Assembly: GCF_001194135.2 (NCBI RefSeq)
Contig: NC_068998.1
Location: 11,446,315-11,495,433 of the forward strand
Length of the DNA: 49,119 nucleotides
Origin: Octopus bimaculoides
Taxonomy: Eukaryota
Reading direction: 5' to 3'
In this document: one piece after another, positions 46,357 through 49,119 of the stretch
How the letters are laid out: the number at the start of each line of letters is the position of its first letter
Numbering within the stretch: position 1 is the stretch's first letter
Program-made: the position numbers and the translations under genes
Notes under the pieces: generated by a model
Database searches by the model: none
What the model was told of the DNA's origin: nothing
Seen by the model: only the letters and a program-made list of their open reading frames with translations

Positions 46357-48816
46357 TTAAGCTTATCGGCATCAATATCTATTATTAATCTGTTATTAGA
46401 CTGAAGCATTCTCCTATTTTATTGTTAAGTCAAGGGAAAGGGTCAGAGGTCATACATCAGCCATACTACAGGATAATCCACCTCAACCCATCCTCTTCAT
46501 GAATTGGCTAAACTGGTAGTGATCTACTTATCTCTCTCTCTCTCTCTTACTCTCCCTTTTTCTCACTCTCAGACAGAGAGAAAGAGCTCAAAATAGTGAA
46601 TTGTGCAATCACCATCAATTTAATATCCGGTATGCCATGATTTGCATGGGTCAAATGGAATTCGTTGAGGCAGATTTTCTCTAGCCAGATGCCCTTCCTG
46701 TCACCACCCAGCTCCCACTTTGTTCCAAGATAATATTTTCCTCCATGACTGGACATGTTTTTCTAGAAGATTAGAAATCAACAACACTGCTTGTATGAAG
46801 GTGAAACTCATTTACAACTATCACATGATGTCAAGATGAAGGGGCACAAACATTTACACACACACATACACGCATACATGCACAGTGGGCTTCTTTTAAT
46901 TTCCATTAACCAAATCCACACACAAAGCTTTTATCAGGCCAGAGTTTAAGTAAAAAATACTTGCTCAAGGTGCCAGTCAGTGAGACTGAAACTAAAACCA
47001 CAGGACAAGAAGGCAAACCTTTTAACCACACAGCCATGCACATTCCTGTATGAACTTCAGAAACTCTTCTGTTTCCTGAATGAGATTTATAGGAAATTCC
47101 TTTGACATCAGAGGCCCACTCCTATCATCAACTGTTGTGATAATGTAGGATGTCGGTATTTATCAACACAGAGCAGATTATTAGAGGATTTCTTTCTTGG
47201 ATGATAATCAACATTATTTTAGTGTTCATTGTTAAACTCACAGATCATCCCTCACTGAACAGATCTATGGTCGAAAATAATCCAGTTGAGACCATCACAT
47301 TTCATCCAATTCGCATGACCAGACATACAGTACTCAGAGCTATGTGTCCTTCTTTCCTAAGACAGTTGAATGTGATTTAGTTGCTCCTTCTAGTAGGCTG
47401 GGTGATGGAATAGAAAGTCATTGCTCTCTTTAAGAGTTTCGGTTTGCACCCATACAGTCTCAGGTTCAATCTCACTATGTGACACCTTGTGTAAATGTTT
47501 CTTACTATGGCCCAGACTGACCAATGCCTTGTGAGTGAATTTGGTAGATATGAGAAAATGTGTAGAAGCCCATTGTAAATATTTATGCATGCGTGTGTTG
47601 TGTGTGTGTGTGTGTGCGCGCATGCGTTCGCATGTGCGTATGTGTATCTTTGTGCTTGTGTATGTCCCCAACTGCTTGATAACCAGTATTGGTTTGTTTA
47701 CATCTAAGCAGTTTTGCAAAATAGATGAAGCACTGGGTAGGGTCTATTTGGTGAAGGCATGTGGCTTATTGGTTAGGGTGTTCAGTTTACAATGGTAAGG
47801 CCGTGAGTTCGATTCCCGGCAATGCGTTGTGTCCTTGATCAAGACACTTTATTTCATGTTGCTCCAGTGCATTCAGCTGGCAAAAAAAACAAAAAAAACA
47901 AGTAGTACCTATATTTCAAAGGGTCTTGTCACGCCGAACGTGATCTATGTTAAGGGTACATATGTCTGTGGAGTGCTCAGCCAGTTGCATGTTAATTTCA
48001 CAAGCAAGCTGTTCCACTGATTGGATCCACTAGAACCCTTATCATCATAACCGACGGAGTGCCAGGGTCTACAAGGTGGTGCCCCAGCATTACCATAGTC
48101 TAATGACGGAAACAAGTAAAAAAAATAGAAGATATTTTTATGAGAGTTGAACATGGTTGCTGAACGACAGCCATTTTCCCACAATTGTCATTTTGAGTTT
48201 GAGGGTCAGCCACCACACACTGAACCTCTCACCACCATTCCAATATTTTCTGTAGTCATCCATTGCTATGGACACCATCACACAAGCAAGAAGAGAAAGA
48301 CACTAAGCAATCACTCAACATGTTAGAAATAGCAAATAAATCTCCTTTTAATCACAGCTTTAGCAATTATGGGTTGAGTGATTTGACAGGATCTGACAAA
48401 TGCAACTATCCCGCATTGTGCTTCAAACACACACACACACAGAGCAGATTTCATTCAGTTTCCATCTACCAAATCCACTCACAAAGCATTGGTCAGCTCC
48501 CAAGGCAAAAGCAGAAAGACACTTGTCCAAGGTGCTACCCTTAATCATATGGTTCCAAAGCGAGCTTCTTAACCACATAGCCAGGCTAATAGTCTCAAAA
48601 AAACAAGACACTTAGGAAAATACAATAAACTAGTGTACCAAATGACTGGAAGTAAAAATAACACAGTCAATACTTGAATGATTTGGCTTAAAATGTTGAT
48701 GGATCATGGATGACTCAGGGCTAAACTCCTGCTGACACACAGCATGTTTCAATGCTGTTGCATAAAATAACATTTATTATTTGAACAATACCATTTTTGT
48801 GAATACTTCATCTAAG

Positions 48817-48849
<33 letters not shown>

Positions 48850-49119
48850 CAGAGGCATCAAGCTGTTAGATCAGGTTATGAAAGTTACGGAGAGGGTCAT
48901 AGCCCAACTAATTAGGGAGTGAATCAATTTAGATGAGATGCAGTTTGGGTTCGTGCCAGGTAAAAGCACTACTGATGCCATATTTCTAGTAAGACAGCTG
49001 CAGGAGAAATACCTAGCCAAGGATAAAACCTCTGTACCTGGCCTTCGTTGACATGGAGAAAGCCTTTGACAGGGTCCCCCGATCCCTTATCTGGTGGTCA
49101 ATGAGGAAACTTGGGATAG
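48850..49119 (+). mobile_element. RTE-clade LINE reverse transcriptase fragment (degenerate, runs off the window)
   Basis: RGIKLLDQVMKVTERVIAQLIRE*INLDEMQFGFVPGKSTTDAIFLVRQLQEKYLAK(frameshift)LYLAFVDMEKAFDRVPRSLIWWSMRKLG. Confidence 0.92.

Noticed and set aside
47246-47362. Minus-strand AG...|gtgagt exon-like segment
   Set aside because: All three frames contain stops, and the sequence matches a dispersed repeat also seen near 15230-15450 and 18280-18600.
1-49119. CRISPR arrays, rRNA genes, prokaryotic operons or defence systems
   Set aside because: The DNA is intron-rich eukaryotic sequence; its repeats are dispersed TEs and microsatellites with no repeat-spacer periodicity.

Overview
AT-rich, repeat-dense eukaryotic genomic DNA with scaffold N-gaps. 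The repeat landscape looks like an octopus/cephalopod genome (inference). The supplied ORF track is almost entirely microsatellite, repeat or N-gap noise. Manual splicing recovers one + strand gene across about 6.4-40.3 kb: 11 coding exons with consistent phases and canonical AG/GT junctions, giving 315 codons of a PSTPIP1/2-like F-BAR protein with no SH3 domain. Its first coding exon was not found, and there is a probable intron in the 3' UTR. A possible convergent - strand gene has candidate 3' exons at about 41.2-42.6 kb. The introns hold at least three tRNA-derived SINE families, RTE, CR1 and R4-like LINE fragments, a decayed mariner transposase, and hAT, piggyBac and Tc1/mariner MITEs. 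The most unusual elements are long fold-back hairpins. One is a 164-bp, ~98% perfect inverted repeat whose 33-nt loop plus adjacent stem spells a minimal type I hammerhead ribozyme core of the Penelope-like-element kind. Three others are copies of a 'tail + hairpin' family, one with a 15-bp target-site duplication. No rRNA, genuine tRNA or CRISPR array was seen. Repeat boundaries are approximate unless a TSD is quoted, and family names come from motif recognition without database searches.
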